Source: Desulfobaccales bacterium (lineage in GTDB: Bacteria; Desulfobacterota; Desulfobaccia; Desulfobaccales; 0-14-0-80-60-11). Taken from it: a stretch of DNA of 64,000 bases. The number at the start of each line of letters is the position of its first letter. Positions within the stretch are counted from its first letter, which is position 1. A program made the position numbers and the translations under genes. The notes under the pieces were generated by a model. That model saw only the letters and a program-made list of their open reading frames with translations, had not been told where the DNA came from and did not search any database. This document shows positions 63,907 through 64,000 of this stretch, piece after piece. Where the stretch lies: assembly GCA_041648175.1 (NCBI GenBank), contig JBAZPO010000005.1:101724-165723 (forward strand). The letters are read 5' to 3'.

Positions 63907-63985
63907 GCGTTCCCAAGTTCAACTTGGGAACGAGGGGTAAGAAACGGGATGCGCTTCACTTTCTCGCCTTACGGGCTCCGTCCTT
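63907..63985 (+). repeat. Repeat family D, extended copy
   Basis: gcgttcccaagttcaacttgggaacgaggggtaagaaacgggatgcgcttcactttctcgccttacgggct. Confidence 0.75.
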
Positions 63986-64000
63986 TCCGTTGCTCATCAT

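Overview
64-kb chromosomal window from a moderately GC-rich Gram-negative bacterium. The gene content (selenocysteine FdhF, Feo, an ECF-type Ni/Co importer, a bacterial A/V-type ATPase) suggests an anaerobe, possibly Desulfobacterota-like; that taxonomic guess is inference only. I call about 62 protein genes, 2 tRNAs and several families of short palindromic intergenic repeats. I saw no rRNA, CRISPR array, transposase, integrase or phage genes.

Layout, left to right:
(1) A tyrosinase fragment preceded by an unknown 143-aa protein, then a GH13 branching-enzyme-like gene.
(2) An 11-gene minus-strand cluster (3447-13313): AGE-like protein, two DJ-1/PfpI proteins, a ThDP enzyme, four NTF2/SnoaL-like proteins, a 4-OT-type tautomerase, a GMC oxidoreductase and a VOC protein. 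I cannot assign a pathway.
(3) A 0.8-kb AT-rich divergent control region.
(4) A small membrane protein translationally coupled to a roughly 1340-aa SLC5-STAC-GAF-GAF-PAS histidine kinase, with no response regulator in the window.
(5) A 1.2-kb repeat-filled non-coding gap.
(6) A malic enzyme and a 798-aa GAF protein with no recognisable output domain.
(7) A 13-kb co-directional metal-uptake supercluster (24034-36907): cbiM, nikL-like, cbiQ and cbiO; outer-membrane barrel; small secreted protein; DUF4198; fur; feoA, feoA and feoB; Cys-rich accessory genes; and a second barrel plus small-protein pair that duplicates the first.
(8) sixA.
(9) A 9-gene A/V-type ATPase operon.
(10) tRNA-Cys and tRNA-Gly.
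(11) fdhF with an in-frame UGA and a SECIS hairpin, then an M20 amidohydrolase.
(12) An AT-rich islet with two small secreted proteins and a TsaA/TrmO-like protein that carries a signal-like N-terminus.
(13) aroF-aroB, a prepilin peptidase, a CN-hydrolase, a TPR protein, a ParA-like ATPase plus small partner, a PilZ protein, mnmA and mtaB.

Best candidates for something undescribed:
- the duplicated outer-membrane-barrel plus secreted OB-like protein module attached to both the Ni/Co ECF importer and the Feo system;
- the Cys-rich accessory genes in the fur-feo operon;
- the NTF2-rich 11-gene enzyme cluster;
- the orphan transporter-fused sensor kinase.

All functional calls rest on my reading of motifs in the translated ORFs. 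No database search was possible.
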